From assembly GCA_028694375.1 (NCBI GenBank), contig JAQUTN010000003.1, forward strand, positions 1-58,963: a DNA stretch of 58,963 nt. Direction: 5' to 3'. Below, one piece after another: positions 1 to 10,408 of this stretch (the first letter of the stretch is position 1; each line of letters opens with the position of its first letter). The translations under genes were made by a program, and so were the position numbers. Under the pieces are notes generated by a model. The model ran no database searches. It was not told where the DNA came from and saw only the letters and a program-made list of their open reading frames with translations. This stretch comes from Bacteroidales bacterium. Its GTDB lineage: Bacteria > Bacteroidota > Bacteroidia > Bacteroidales > UBA1402.

Positions 1-1
1 T

Positions 2-106
2 GCTATTGCAGGCATCATCCGGCCCGGCAAGAACACCATTCAATTGATTGTTGGCCCCAAAGTGCAGTTTCTGGCCAAAGAAATGAAACAACTGCTTACT
101 AACTAA
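2..106 (+). CDS. 3' end of a CDS truncated by the window edge; the C-terminus resembles a PTS EIIB (glucose/NAG-type) domain tail
   Basis: Frame 2 reads AIAGIIRPGKNTIQLIVGPKVQFLAKEMKQLLTN*. This resembles the [21 protein letters not shown]-type C-terminus of EIIB(Glc). Only 34 aa are visible. Confidence 0.3.
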   Translation, partial: AIAGIIRPGKNTIQLIVGPKVQFLAKEMKQLLTN

Positions 107-118
107 AAGCTTACATAC

Positions 119-1474
119 ATGAAGATAAAAGACCTTATTCAATGCGGACAAACACAATTCCTCGAAGAATTGTTCAGCCTGATGCGCATTCCTTCGGTGA
201 GCGGACAACAAGCTCATTTACAGGATATGCAAGATTGTGCCCAACGTTGGAAAGAGATTTTGCTTTCTTCGGGAGTGGACAAAGCCGAGGTTTTTCAAAC
301 CAAAGGCAATCCCATAGTATACGGAGAAAAGATAATTGATCCCAAGGCTCACACGGTACTTGTGTACGGCCATTACGACGTGATGCCAGAAGATCCTTTG
401 GAATTATGGACCACCCCTCCTTTTGAGCCTCGTATCGAAGAGGGCTTGATCAAAGGCCGGGGCGCCGACGACGACAAAGGGCAATCTATGATACAGGTCA
501 AAGCCTTTCAATTGGCTCTCGAAAATAATCTCCTGGCTTGCAACGTGAAATTTCTGCTCGAAGGCGAAGAAGAAATTGGTTCCATCCATCTGGAGGAATT
601 CTGCCATAACCACAAAGACTTACTCAAAGCCGATGTGATCCTGGTTTCCGACACCAGCATGCTGGGAGCCGACACTCCCTCCATCACCACCGGGCTCAGG
701 GGCATAGCCTATTGGGAAGTGGAAGTGACCGGGGCTGCCCGCGATTTGCATTCCGGCATCTTTGGCGGAGCTGTGCCCAACCCTATCCAGGAACTGTCCG
801 TAATGATTTCCCGCCTTATAGATGCCGAGGGCAAAATCACCATTCCAGGCTTTTACGACAAGATACAGGAAGTTTCGGCCGAAGAAAAAGCCATGATGGC
901 CGCCGTGCCTCAGGATGACGAAGCCTATCGCAAATCGGTGGGAGCTCCGGGTCTCAAAGGAGAAAAAGGCTATTCTACCATTGAACGCACCGGCATTCGG
1001 CCCACTTTGGATGTTTGCGGCATCTGGGGAGGCTACACCGGCGAAGGAGTAAAAACGGTACTGCCCTCCAAGGCTTTTGCCAAAATTTCTACCCGCCTGG
1101 TGCCGGATCAGGATTATCAGGAAATTGGCCGGCTCTTCGAAAGCTACCTCAGGCAACTGGCTCCACCCGAAGTTAACGTAGAAGTTCGCTTCAAGCACGG
1201 GGGCAATCCTTACGTCTGCTCTTTGGATCTGCCGGCTTACAAAGCGGCGGAGGCTGCCTATCACAAAGTGTTCGACAAACGTCCGCTGGCCCTGAGGCGC
1301 GGGGGCAGCATTCCCGTCATTGCCACCTTCGAAAAAGTATTAGGCATCAAAAGCATCCTGATGGGTTTCGGCCTGGAATCGGATGCGATCCATTCCCCCA
1401 ACGAAAATTATCCTTTGGATCTTTGGCTGCAAAGCATCGAAGTTGTTGTGGAATTTTACCGTCATTATAAGTGA
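119..1474 (+). CDS. M20-family metallopeptidase (dipeptidase / ArgE-DapE-ACY1-CPG2 family)
   Basis: 451-aa ORF with an ATG start. It has VLVYGHYDVMP, GRGADDDKG and LLEGEEEIGS metal-ligand motifs typical of M20 peptidases. Confidence 0.85.
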   Translation: MKIKDLIQCGQTQFLEELFSLMRIPSVSGQQAHLQDMQDCAQRWKEILLSSGVDKAEVFQTKGNPIVYGEKIIDPKAHTVLVYGHYDVMPEDPLELWTTPPFEPRIEEGLIKGRGADDDKGQSMIQVKAFQLALENNLLACNVKFLLEGEEEIGSIHLEEFCHNHKDLLKADVILVSDTSMLGADTPSITTGLRGIAYWEVEVTGAARDLHSGIFGGAVPNPIQELSVMISRLIDAEGKITIPGFYDKIQEVSAEEKAMMAAVPQDDEAYRKSVGAPGLKGEKGYSTIERTGIRPTLDVCGIWGGYTGEGVKTVLPSKAFAKISTRLVPDQDYQEIGRLFESYLRQLAPPEVNVEVRFKHGGNPYVCSLDLPAYKAAEAAYHKVFDKRPLALRRGGSIPVIATFEKVLGIKSILMGFGLESDAIHSPNENYPLDLWLQSIEVVVEFYRHYK

Positions 1475-1481
1475 TTACATC

Positions 1482-4388
1482 ATGGACACTCGTTCCTTAG
1501 GATTTCAGTCCGGGTCTGGGATTGGATCTAAGTTTAGGTTTAGGTTTAGGTTTCTGATTCTGCCCCTCGCTTTGCTGTTTTCGGCTTGTTCCGGGCCCTG
1601 TTTCCGTGTCAGCGAAAACGGAGTGCTTATTCAACCCGACAAAGGGAAAACCACCACCGGCAGCCTCTATTTACAGGTAGTCAACGACGACATAATCAGA
1701 GTGATAGCCAGCCCCGACCAAAAAATCAGCCTGAAAAGCGGACTGATGTGTAACTGGCAGGACAAATCGTTCAGGCAATCCGTTCAATGGCAGGTGTTTC
1801 GTAGCGGAGACAGCGTAGTGCTGCAAACGGCCGCCCTGAGAGCCACGGTATTGTTGAGTAGCGGAGAGCTTAGTTTCAGCGACTTGCATGGTTCTGTGTT
1901 TTTGCGGGAACAAGTCGGCGGGGGTAAAAGCTTTAGTCCGTTCGAATACGAAGGCAGCCGAGCTTATTCGTTCAGACAGGTGTTCGAGTCGCCTCAGGAC
2001 GAAGCATTTTTCGGCCTGGGCCAGCAACAGTCGGACGAATTCAATTACAAAAACAAACACGAATCCCTGTATCAGTACAACACCAAGGTCTCGGTGCCTT
2101 TTGTGGTTTCCAGCAAAAACTACGGCCTGCTCTGGGACAACAATTCCTACAGCAAATGGGGCGATCCACGGGAATTTGCCAACCTGGACCAATTCAGGCT
2201 GTTCGACAAGTACGGTAATGAAGGCGGGCTGACGGCCTTTTATTCCAATCCGGGCCGAAAAAAAGAACTGGAACGTGTCGAAAAAACCATCGACTACCAG
2301 GATTTGAACTCTCTAAAACTTTTCCCCCAGGCTTTCCCGCTGCAAAATGCGCAAGTAAACTGGGAAGGATTCATCGAAGCCGATACCACAGGACTGTTTC
2401 GTTTTGCACTCTATTACGCGGGTTACGTCAAACTTTACCTCGACGATACGCTGGTGGTGCCTGAACGTTGGCGCACTGCCTGGAATCCCAACACCTGCAA
2501 GTTCTCCTATCCTCTGCAGGCCGGCCGGAAACACAAGCTCAGGATGGAATGGCAAGCCGACGGAGGCAGTTCCTACATCGGACTCAAAGCCCTGAGTCCT
2601 TTGCCTGGCGAAGAAGAAGGCAAAATTTCTTTTTGGTCAGAAATGGGCAAACAGATGGATTATTATGTCATCAGGGGCAAAAATGCCGACGAAGTCGTGA
2701 GCGGCTACCGCAGACTTACCGGCAAGGCACAGATTATGCCCAAATGGGCAATGGGCTTTTGGCAGAGCCGGGAGCGCTACAAAACCCAGGACGAGCTTTT
2801 GTCTGTCCTCCGCGAATTCAGACGCAGACAGATTCCCATCGACAACATCGTGCAGGATTGGTCGTATTGGCAAGAAAATGCCTGGGGCAGCCATGAATTC
2901 GATGCAGAGCGCTTTCCCGATCCGGAACAAATGGTAAGGGATGTCCACGACCTGAATGCCCGTATAATGATTTCGGTCTGGCCAAAATTTTATATCAATA
3001 CTGAACATTACGAGGAATTCGAACAAAAAGGCTGGATCTATCCCCTGGCTGTCGGGGACAGCATTCGCGACTGGATAGGCCGTGGCTACATCGGTTCCTT
3101 CTACGACGCTTTCAGTCCGGGTGCCCGGGAACTGTTTTGGGAACAAATGCAGGAGCACCTCTACGTCAAAGGCTTCGATGCCTGGTGGATGGATGCGTCG
3201 GAGCCGGACATTTTGTCCAATGCCGATATGGATTACCGCAAACAACTGATGCACCCGACGGCTTTGGGCCCCTCGGCTTTGAACTTCAATGCTTATGGGC
3301 TGATGAATGCCAAAGGCATTTACGAAGGCCAACGCTCGGCAAACGACAGCAACAGGGTTTTTATCCTGACCCGCTCGGGCTACGCCGGCTCACAACGCTA
3401 CGCGGCGGCCGTCTGGAGCGGCGACATCGGTACGCGCTGGGAAGATATGAAGGCTCAGATCAGTGCCGGACAAAATTTTTCCATTTCGGGCAATCCCTAC
3501 TGGACCATGGACAACGGAGGTTTTTGTGTGGAAAAACGCTACGAAAAAGCCCGCGAAGGATCGGAAGACCTGGAGGAATGGCGGGAGCTTAATGTACGTT
3601 GGCATCAGTTCGGGGCTTTTGTGCCTTTGTTTCGCAGCCACGGTCAATATCCATATCGTGAAATCTGGCATATTGCTCCCGAAGAGCACCCGGCTTACCA
3701 GGCTATGAAATATTACACGGAACTGCGTTACCGCCTGCTTCCCTACATTTACACGATGGCCGGGCGCTGCTATCTGGACGATTACACCATTATGCGTCCC
3801 TTAATGATGGATTTCGCAAACGATGGCCGCGTTATGGATATTGGTGACCAATATATGTTTGGTTCAGACTTGATGGTCTGCCCGGTGTACGAATACCAGG
3901 CCCGCAGCCGCAAAGTTTATTTCCCGCAAAACGCCGGTTGGTACGATCTCTATAGCGGCAAGTATTATCCCGGAGGACAGGAGTGTCAGGTGGAAGCCCC
4001 CTACGAACGCATGCCGGTTTTTGTGCCTGCAGGAAGCATACTTCCCACAGGCAAGCTTATTCAACACAGCGGAGAAAAGCAAGAAGTGCTGCGTTTTTAT
4101 ATTTTTAGCGGACAAGACGGCCAAGCCAGCTTGTACGAAGACGCCGGAAGCAACTACGATTACGAAAAGGGGAACTACGACAGGATAGCCTTCCACTACA
4201 ACGATGCCCAACAAAGCTTGTCGATTTCGGCTGCCGAAGGTTCCTATCGTCCCGGGCCCGTCCAAAGGCAGTTTGAATTTGTTTTGGTCAGTCCGGAATG
4301 TCCTGCCGGCATCGATACAGAAATCCAAAAGACTATCAGCCTAAGGTATTCCGGGCAAGAGATAAAAATTAGTTTTGAAAATCTATAA
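1482..4388 (+). CDS. GH31 alpha-xylosidase-like glycoside hydrolase with PA14 insert; lipoprotein
   Basis: The ORF track starts at 1383 and overlaps the upstream gene. The ATG at 1482 gives a signal peptide ending LLFSAC. KWAMGFWQSRERY and FDAWWMDASEPD are GH31 catalytic-region motifs. A PA14-like segment (GLFRFALYYAGYVKLYLDD) matches the Bacteroides/Cellvibrio xyloglucan alpha-xylosidase architecture. Confidence 0.8.
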   Translation: MDTRSLGFQSGSGIGSKFRFRFRFLILPLALLFSACSGPCFRVSENGVLIQPDKGKTTTGSLYLQVVNDDIIRVIASPDQKISLKSGLMCNWQDKSFRQSVQWQVFRSGDSVVLQTAALRATVLLSSGELSFSDLHGSVFLREQVGGGKSFSPFEYEGSRAYSFRQVFESPQDEAFFGLGQQQSDEFNYKNKHESLYQYNTKVSVPFVVSSKNYGLLWDNNSYSKWGDPREFANLDQFRLFDKYGNEGGLTAFYSNPGRKKELERVEKTIDYQDLNSLKLFPQAFPLQNAQVNWEGFIEADTTGLFRFALYYAGYVKLYLDDTLVVPERWRTAWNPNTCKFSYPLQAGRKHKLRMEWQADGGSSYIGLKALSPLPGEEEGKISFWSEMGKQMDYYVIRGKNADEVVSGYRRLTGKAQIMPKWAMGFWQSRERYKTQDELLSVLREFRRRQIPIDNIVQDWSYWQENAWGSHEFDAERFPDPEQMVRDVHDLNARIMISVWPKFYINTEHYEEFEQKGWIYPLAVGDSIRDWIGRGYIGSFYDAFSPGARELFWEQMQEHLYVKGFDAWWMDASEPDILSNADMDYRKQLMHPTALGPSALNFNAYGLMNAKGIYEGQRSANDSNRVFILTRSGYAGSQRYAAAVWSGDIGTRWEDMKAQISAGQNFSISGNPYWTMDNGGFCVEKRYEKAREGSEDLEEWRELNVRWHQFGAFVPLFRSHGQYPYREIWHIAPEEHPAYQAMKYYTELRYRLLPYIYTMAGRCYLDDYTIMRPLMMDFANDGRVMDIGDQYMFGSDLMVCPVYEYQARSRKVYFPQNAGWYDLYSGKYYPGGQECQVEAPYERMPVFVPAGSILPTGKLIQHSGEKQEVLRFYIFSGQDGQASLYEDAGSNYDYEKGNYDRIAFHYNDAQQSLSISAAEGSYRPGPVQRQFEFVLVSPECPAGIDTEIQKTISLRYSGQEIKISFENL
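1536..1553 (+). repeat. Perfect (AGGTTT)x3 hexanucleotide tandem repeat inside the GH31 signal-peptide n-region; encodes (RF)n
   Basis: Sequence reads agtttAGGTTTAGGTTTAGGTTTctg and translates to KFRFRFRF. Confidence 0.9.
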
Positions 4389-4576
4389 CATATAAAACGA
4401 TACTGTCTATAGCCTTAAAAATCAGCAAACACATACATTAATTGTAATTCAATAGAAAATATTCAACAAATTTACAGCTGTTTTGATCGTGGCTGAATCG
4501 AACTTTCTTTTTTTTTATGGACTGCTTCACAGCGCAACTTTTTGATTTTTTTAGTTTTACGATAATGAATTAATCC

Positions 4577-4584
4577 TACTTTTG
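4577..4584 (+). promoter_or_regulatory. Candidate Bacteroidota -7 promoter box (TAnnTTTG)
   Basis: TACTTTTG lies 30 nt upstream of the ATG at 4614, at the end of a 225-nt AT-rich intergenic region. Confidence 0.4.
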
Positions 4585-4613
4585 TAATTCTAAAACGTTT
4601 AAACCTTTTCTTC

Positions 4614-7328
4614 ATGAAAACTCCATTCTACCTCTTGAGTTTTGCTTTGCTATTTCTGTTTTCTGCCTGTCAGCCCAAAGTCCAATTGCTAATGACAGAG
4701 TCGGATTCTCCCAGAAGCAATTACGCAAAAGAAAGATTAGGCAATAGCTTGGTCTCCAGTAGCTATACTATTGTTGATGAGGATGCTGCCGGCAAGGCGA
4801 CCAAAATATTTCTCGGCTGCCAAAACGATCTGTCTTTTCAACAGAGATTGCAGGAACAGGGTATTACCATAGAACCTATCGAAGGCAAAGAATCGTTCAG
4901 AATTCTGGCCGACGAAGATAAAATAGTGGTCTGCGGAGCCGACGAAAGTGGTTTGCTTTACGGATGTATGGAATTGATCGATCGTTTGAAAGCAAACGGA
5001 CGATTGCCAAAAAAACTCGATTTTTCTGATGCTCCCGACATGGTATTAAGAGGTACTTGTATAGGTATGCAAAAAATGTATCTGCTGCCGGGCCGTAAGG
5101 TCTACGAATACCCCTACACCCAGGAACTCTTCCCCTGGTTCTACGACAAAGAGCTCTGGATCAAGTATCTGGACATGCTGGTGGAAAATCGCATGAATTC
5201 TGTCTATCTCTGGAACGGACATCCCTTTGCTTCGTTGGTGAAATTACCCGATTATCCTTATGCCTTGGAAGTGAGTGAAGAAGATTTCAAACGGAACGAA
5301 GAAATGTTCGGATTTCTTACTCAGGAAGCCAACAAGCGCGGCATTTGGGTAATTCAGATGTTTTACAATATTATTGTATCTCAACCCTTTGCAGATTATC
5401 ACAATATTCCCACCCAAAACCGCAAAGTTGAAATTACTCCTTTATTATCGGATTATACCCGTAAATCGGTTGCCGCCTTTATTGAGAAATACCCCAACGT
5501 GGGTTTACTGGCTTGTCTGGGCGAAGCCATGAATACCCACGAAGACGATGTGGAATGGTTTACCAAAACCATCATTCCCGGCGTGCAGGACGGGCTGAAA
5601 GCCCTTGGTTTGGAGCAGGAACCGCCCATTGTGCTCAGGGCGCACGACACCAACGCCAAAATGGTCATGGATGCGGCCTTGCCCATTTACAAGAATCTCT
5701 ACACCATGAACAAATACAACGGTGAATCCCTGTGCACCTACCAGCCCAGAGGCCCCTGGACAGCCACACATCAGGCACTCAGCGCCCTGGGATCTGTACA
5801 TATTTCCAATGTGCACATTCTGGCCAACCTGGAACCTTTCCGCTACGGTTCGCCCGACTTTATACAAAAGAGCATTCAGGCTATGCACAATACCCATGGA
5901 GCCAACGGTTTGCATCTCTATCCCCAGGCCTCGTACTGGGACTGGCCTTATACGGCAGACAAAACCAAAGACGGCAGCCGCCTGCTCGAAATGGACCGGG
6001 ACTGGATCTGGTATCAGTCCTGGGGCCGTTATGCCTGGTCGGCCGATCGCGATCGCGACGAAGAAACCGATTATTGGTCAGGATTATTCTCCGAACTTTA
6101 CGACTGCGGCAAGCAGGGTAAATACATTTTGGAAGCCTACGAGCAAAGCGGGGAAATATCGCCCAAATTGCTGCGCAAATTCGGCATTACCGAAGGCAAC
6201 CGCCAAACTTTCCTGCTGGGAATGTTTATGAGTCAGCTGGTCAACCCCAACCGCTGGACAGTCTATCCCGATTTTGCCAATTCCTGCGGCCCCGAGGGCG
6301 AGAAACTCGAAGTTTGGGCCTACCGCGAGTGGCATGGAGAAGCTCACGTGGGTGAAACTCCTCCCCAACTGATAGCAGAAACACGGGAACACGCCCGAAA
6401 AGCGGTTGAAGCCATAGACAAAGTGAGCCGTGTGCGCCAAAACAAAGAAGAATTTGAACGTCTCAAAAACGACATCCATGCCTATAAGGCTTTTACGGAC
6501 TGCTTTACCGAAAAGCTGGAAGCTTCAATGCTGGTGTTGAGGTATTCCTATTCCGGGGAAATTTCCGACCTGGAAAAAGCCTACACTTTGATGGAAAGCA
6601 GCCTGGAGCATTACCGCAAACTGGAAGCACTCACCCGCGACAGCTATCTCTATGCCAACAGTATGCAAACCGGCATGCGCCGCATCCCCGTCACCGGCAA
6701 CAATGGAGTCAACAAAACCTGGACAGAATTATTGCCTCAATTCGAACAAGAACTGGACCGTTTTGCCACCAATATTCAAAAACTCAAGTCAGGCAATCAG
6801 AACCCCGAGAACTTAAAAGTGTTAAGTCCGGCAGAGGTCAAACTAATTTCTCCTGCCCGCACAGAATTTTACCAGCTTCAGGAAGGAGCAAGCGTGTACA
6901 GCGATCGGGCTTCCAGGATAAAAGGTCTGGCTCCGGAGTTCGGCCAACTCAAGGGCTTACGCATGAGCAGCCGGCAACAACTCAACGAAAACATCCGCCT
7001 GCGTTTTGTCAACAAAGAAGCCGTAGATCTTTGGGTGGCTTATTTCAAACCATTCAAACAAGGAGACTACATGCCCGCTCCCCGTCTGGAGACCGATGCC
7101 AGTGCCAATCAATACGGCCAGGCGGACATCAAAATTGCCAACGCTATGGAGATAGAAAACCTGCCTGCAGTGAATGTGCATCAGTATCGTTTCGAAGCCG
7201 GCGAGCACGACCTGAACCTGGGAAAAGGCCTTTGCCTGGTGCTGGGTTTCTCCAAAGCCGAAACAGCCTTTAGTACGAGAGACGCCGGTTTTATGGAAAA
7301 GACAGCTATTGACTGGTTGTTTTATTGA
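4614..7328 (+). CDS. Lipoprotein; putative glycoside hydrolase of unassigned family (N-terminal GH20b/GH67N/GH115N-like alpha/beta domain plus a TIM-barrel-like region)
   Basis: 904 aa with a lipobox (LLFLFSAC). FRILADEDKIVVCGADESGLLYGCMELIDRL is the usual N-terminal domain signature of GH20/67/115-type enzymes. It sits inside a CAZyme run. I could not assign a family by eye. Confidence 0.45.
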   Translation: MKTPFYLLSFALLFLFSACQPKVQLLMTESDSPRSNYAKERLGNSLVSSSYTIVDEDAAGKATKIFLGCQNDLSFQQRLQEQGITIEPIEGKESFRILADEDKIVVCGADESGLLYGCMELIDRLKANGRLPKKLDFSDAPDMVLRGTCIGMQKMYLLPGRKVYEYPYTQELFPWFYDKELWIKYLDMLVENRMNSVYLWNGHPFASLVKLPDYPYALEVSEEDFKRNEEMFGFLTQEANKRGIWVIQMFYNIIVSQPFADYHNIPTQNRKVEITPLLSDYTRKSVAAFIEKYPNVGLLACLGEAMNTHEDDVEWFTKTIIPGVQDGLKALGLEQEPPIVLRAHDTNAKMVMDAALPIYKNLYTMNKYNGESLCTYQPRGPWTATHQALSALGSVHISNVHILANLEPFRYGSPDFIQKSIQAMHNTHGANGLHLYPQASYWDWPYTADKTKDGSRLLEMDRDWIWYQSWGRYAWSADRDRDEETDYWSGLFSELYDCGKQGKYILEAYEQSGEISPKLLRKFGITEGNRQTFLLGMFMSQLVNPNRWTVYPDFANSCGPEGEKLEVWAYREWHGEAHVGETPPQLIAETREHARKAVEAIDKVSRVRQNKEEFERLKNDIHAYKAFTDCFTEKLEASMLVLRYSYSGEISDLEKAYTLMESSLEHYRKLEALTRDSYLYANSMQTGMRRIPVTGNNGVNKTWTELLPQFEQELDRFATNIQKLKSGNQNPENLKVLSPAEVKLISPARTEFYQLQEGASVYSDRASRIKGLAPEFGQLKGLRMSSRQQLNENIRLRFVNKEAVDLWVAYFKPFKQGDYMPAPRLETDASANQYGQADIKIANAMEIENLPAVNVHQYRFEAGEHDLNLGKGLCLVLGFSKAETAFSTRDAGFMEKTAIDWLFY

Positions 7329-7361
7329 TACTATCCCTTTAAACACTATACATTACGTCCT

Positions 7362-10337
7362 ATGAATACCAAAAACCTTTTACAGTTCGCTTTTATACTC
7401 TTGCTGTGTGGTAGTGTAACAAGCACTTCAGCTTTTAAGAAAAAAAACACAACAGTCGGTTTTGATCCTCTCCAAACTGCCGAATTATATTTATCCGGTC
7501 AGGGTCCGGAGGATGCGGTTGAATGGGACTTTATGTGTACCGATGGCCGGAACAGCGGAAACTGGACCAAGATTAAAGTGCCTTCCTGCTGGGAATTGCA
7601 GGGCTTTGGCACCTATCAATACGGTATGCCTTTTTACGGCAAAGCCAATCCTCCCGGCATAGCCAACGAAAAAGGATTGTACAAAACCCGGTTCAAATTG
7701 CCGGCCGAATGGGAAGGACGGATAATACGCCTCGTTTTTGAAGGAGTGATGACCGACTGTTCTGCAGAAATAAACAAACGTCGTGCTGTCAAACTGCATC
7801 AGGGCGGTTTTTACCGTTTTTATGCTGATGTCAGCGACAGAGTCTATTTCGGAGACAAGGAAAATCTGCTGGAAGTCACCGTAAGCAAAGAATCCGAAAA
7901 CAGCAGTGTTAACCTGGCAGAACGCAGAGCCGACTACTGGAATTTCGGAGGTATTTTCCGTCCGGTTTTTATACAGGCCCTGCCTGCACTAAGCATTGAC
8001 CGTACAGCTATTGATGCCAAAGCCGACGGCTCATTTTACGCCGAAGTATTTCTGAGCACTGCCCTGGAAGGAGCATACAGCGTCGAAGCACAATTGAGCG
8101 ACCGCGAAGGTAAAAACATCGGCAAAGCCCTCAAAGCCGAATTAAGGCCGGGTTCAGACAAGATTATTGTCAGAGGGCAATTCAAGGACATTAAAACCTG
8201 GACAGCCGAAACGCCCAACTTGTACGATGTGCAATTCAGCCTGCTCAAAGACGGGGAGGCAGTTCACATTGTAAAAGAACAAAGGATAGGCTTCAGAACC
8301 ATCGAAGTCAGGGAAAGCGACGGTTTGTACATCAACGGACAAAAAGTGATGATCAGGGGCGTAAACCGCCACAGTTTCCGGCCCGAAACCGGCAGAACCC
8401 TGAGCAAAGAAGACAATTACGCCGATGTGCGTCTTATGCAGGAAATGAACCTGAACGCCGTCCGCCTGTCGCATTATCCCCCCGATCCTGTTTTTCTGGA
8501 AGCCTGCGATGAACTGGGGCTTTACGTAATGAACGAACTCGGTGGCTGGCACGGCAAGTACGACACCGAGGTGGGGAAACAACTGGTGAAGGAAATGATC
8601 ACCCGTGACCTGAACCATCCCAGCATCGTCTGGTGGTCCAACGGCAACGAAGGAGGCTGGAATACAGAGCTCGACAGCGAATTCCATCCCTGGGATCCGC
8701 AAAAACGTCCGGTGCTTCATCCTCAGGGTAATTTCGGCGGCTTCGAAACCATGCATTACCGTTCTTACGGCGAATCGCAGGAATACATGCGCAAACCCGA
8801 AATCTTTATGCCTACCGAAATTTTACACGGCCTCTACGACGGCGGCCACGGAGCCGGATTATGGGATTACTGGGAAATGATGCGCAAGCATCCCCGCTGC
8901 GCCGGAGCCTTTCTTTGGGTGTTTGCCGACGAAGGCGTGATGCGTACCGACCAGAACGGTCGCATCGACAATGTGGGTAACTACGGTGCAGACGGTATCG
9001 TAGGGCCTCATCACGAGAAAGAAGGCAGCTTCTTTACTGTTCGCGAAGTTTGGTGTCCCGTTCAAATCAAGGCTCAGGGCAGGACAATAAGCAGTACCGA
9101 CCGAACGGAAGCTCTCAGACAAGATCAAAACAGCTTTATTGCTGATCCGGAAGCTTTTACGGGAAAATTCAACATAGAAAACCGCTACGATTTTACTTCG
9201 CTGGAAGATTGCCGCATAAAATGGACGCTGGCCAATTTTGCCAAACCTGCTGACAAAAACGACGGACACGAAATTATAAACCAGGGCGAACAAGCAGGCC
9301 CAAAGCTTGCACCTCACCAAAGCGGGGAACTTCAGCTCAGCCTGCCGCCCAATTGGAAAGAAGCCGATGTCTTGTATGTCAGCATCATCAATCCGCGGGG
9401 CGAAGAAATCTACACCTGGGGCTGGTACTGGAAAAGCGATCAGGACTATATCAGTGCTGCTCTGCCTGAACAAACAAAAGCATCCTTTGCTACCTTATCA
9501 CAAAGCCGCGAAGGAGATATCCTGATCATTGAATCGGGAGCCACAAGCCTGAAATTCGACACAAAAACAGGCTATCTGATTCAGATCAACAAAGGGGACA
9601 AAAAGCTGTCTCTTAAGGGAGGACCGCGTTTTGTTGCCGCACGTCGCAGTGACCGGTCTATGGATGTATTTTACAACCACGACGACAAACTGGCCAAAAG
9701 CAAAGAAAGAATTTACAAGGATATTTCGGGCAACTCCACACTAAGGGCTTTCGAAGTGGAAGAACAAGAAGACAAAATACTTGTAAAAACAGAATACTTT
9801 GGCAACCTGAACAGTGTTTGCTGGACCATCACCAAGGAGGAAGAAATAAGGGTGGATTACGTATATCAATACGAAGGCGTGGCAGAACTGGCAGGCATCT
9901 GCTTTGATTATCCCGAAGAAAACATGCAGGCTATGCGCCTCTTGGGCAAAGGCCCCTACCGGGTGTGGCAAAACCGTATGCACGGCACCCTAATCAACGT
10001 ATGGGACAAGGAATACAACGATCCCATCCCCGGCGAAAGCTTTATTTATCCGGAATTCAAAGGCTATTACAACGACTGGAAATGGGTAGATTTCCAAACG
10101 ACAGAAGCTCAACTCTGGCTAGGGAACGGAACGCCGGGCAGCTACCTGGGCGTTTATACCCCCCGTGACGGTCGCGACGTTCTGTTGTACACTCTTCCTC
10201 AAAGTGGAATCGCTGTGCTGGACGTAATACCCGGTGTACGGAACAAAGTCAATTCGACCGACCTGGTTGGCCCCTCCTCTCAGGCTAAATGGCTGAGCGG
10301 ACCGCAAAAAGGCAGCCTGCAGATTCAGGTCAGGTAA
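7362..10337 (+). CDS. GH2 glycoside hydrolase (beta-galactosidase-like), secreted
   Basis: 991 aa with a signal peptide. NAVRLSHYPPDPVFLEACDELGLYVMNELGGWH and WWSNGNEGG are GH2 TIM-barrel acid/base-region motifs. There is a long C-terminal beta-sandwich region. Confidence 0.85.
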   Translation: MNTKNLLQFAFILLLCGSVTSTSAFKKKNTTVGFDPLQTAELYLSGQGPEDAVEWDFMCTDGRNSGNWTKIKVPSCWELQGFGTYQYGMPFYGKANPPGIANEKGLYKTRFKLPAEWEGRIIRLVFEGVMTDCSAEINKRRAVKLHQGGFYRFYADVSDRVYFGDKENLLEVTVSKESENSSVNLAERRADYWNFGGIFRPVFIQALPALSIDRTAIDAKADGSFYAEVFLSTALEGAYSVEAQLSDREGKNIGKALKAELRPGSDKIIVRGQFKDIKTWTAETPNLYDVQFSLLKDGEAVHIVKEQRIGFRTIEVRESDGLYINGQKVMIRGVNRHSFRPETGRTLSKEDNYADVRLMQEMNLNAVRLSHYPPDPVFLEACDELGLYVMNELGGWHGKYDTEVGKQLVKEMITRDLNHPSIVWWSNGNEGGWNTELDSEFHPWDPQKRPVLHPQGNFGGFETMHYRSYGESQEYMRKPEIFMPTEILHGLYDGGHGAGLWDYWEMMRKHPRCAGAFLWVFADEGVMRTDQNGRIDNVGNYGADGIVGPHHEKEGSFFTVREVWCPVQIKAQGRTISSTDRTEALRQDQNSFIADPEAFTGKFNIENRYDFTSLEDCRIKWTLANFAKPADKNDGHEIINQGEQAGPKLAPHQSGELQLSLPPNWKEADVLYVSIINPRGEEIYTWGWYWKSDQDYISAALPEQTKASFATLSQSREGDILIIESGATSLKFDTKTGYLIQINKGDKKLSLKGGPRFVAARRSDRSMDVFYNHDDKLAKSKERIYKDISGNSTLRAFEVEEQEDKILVKTEYFGNLNSVCWTITKEEEIRVDYVYQYEGVAELAGICFDYPEENMQAMRLLGKGPYRVWQNRMHGTLINVWDKEYNDPIPGESFIYPEFKGYYNDWKWVDFQTTEAQLWLGNGTPGSYLGVYTPRDGRDVLLYTLPQSGIAVLDVIPGVRNKVNSTDLVGPSSQAKWLSGPQKGSLQIQVR

Positions 10338-10408
10338 GACAGTATGCTGCTCATCCGGCTTTGCGGCCGGCAAAAAAACTGTACATTTGAAGCAAACATA
10401 AAGACTAT

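Noticed and set aside
10338-10408. A possible cobalamin riboswitch or terminator upstream of the corrinoid gene pair (CCGGC-tttgcg-GCCGG followed by A7).
   Set aside because: The spacer is only 71 nt, too short for a B12 riboswitch, and I see no B12-box. The small hairpin is followed by an A-run, not a T-run, on the coding strand, so it is not an intrinsic terminator.
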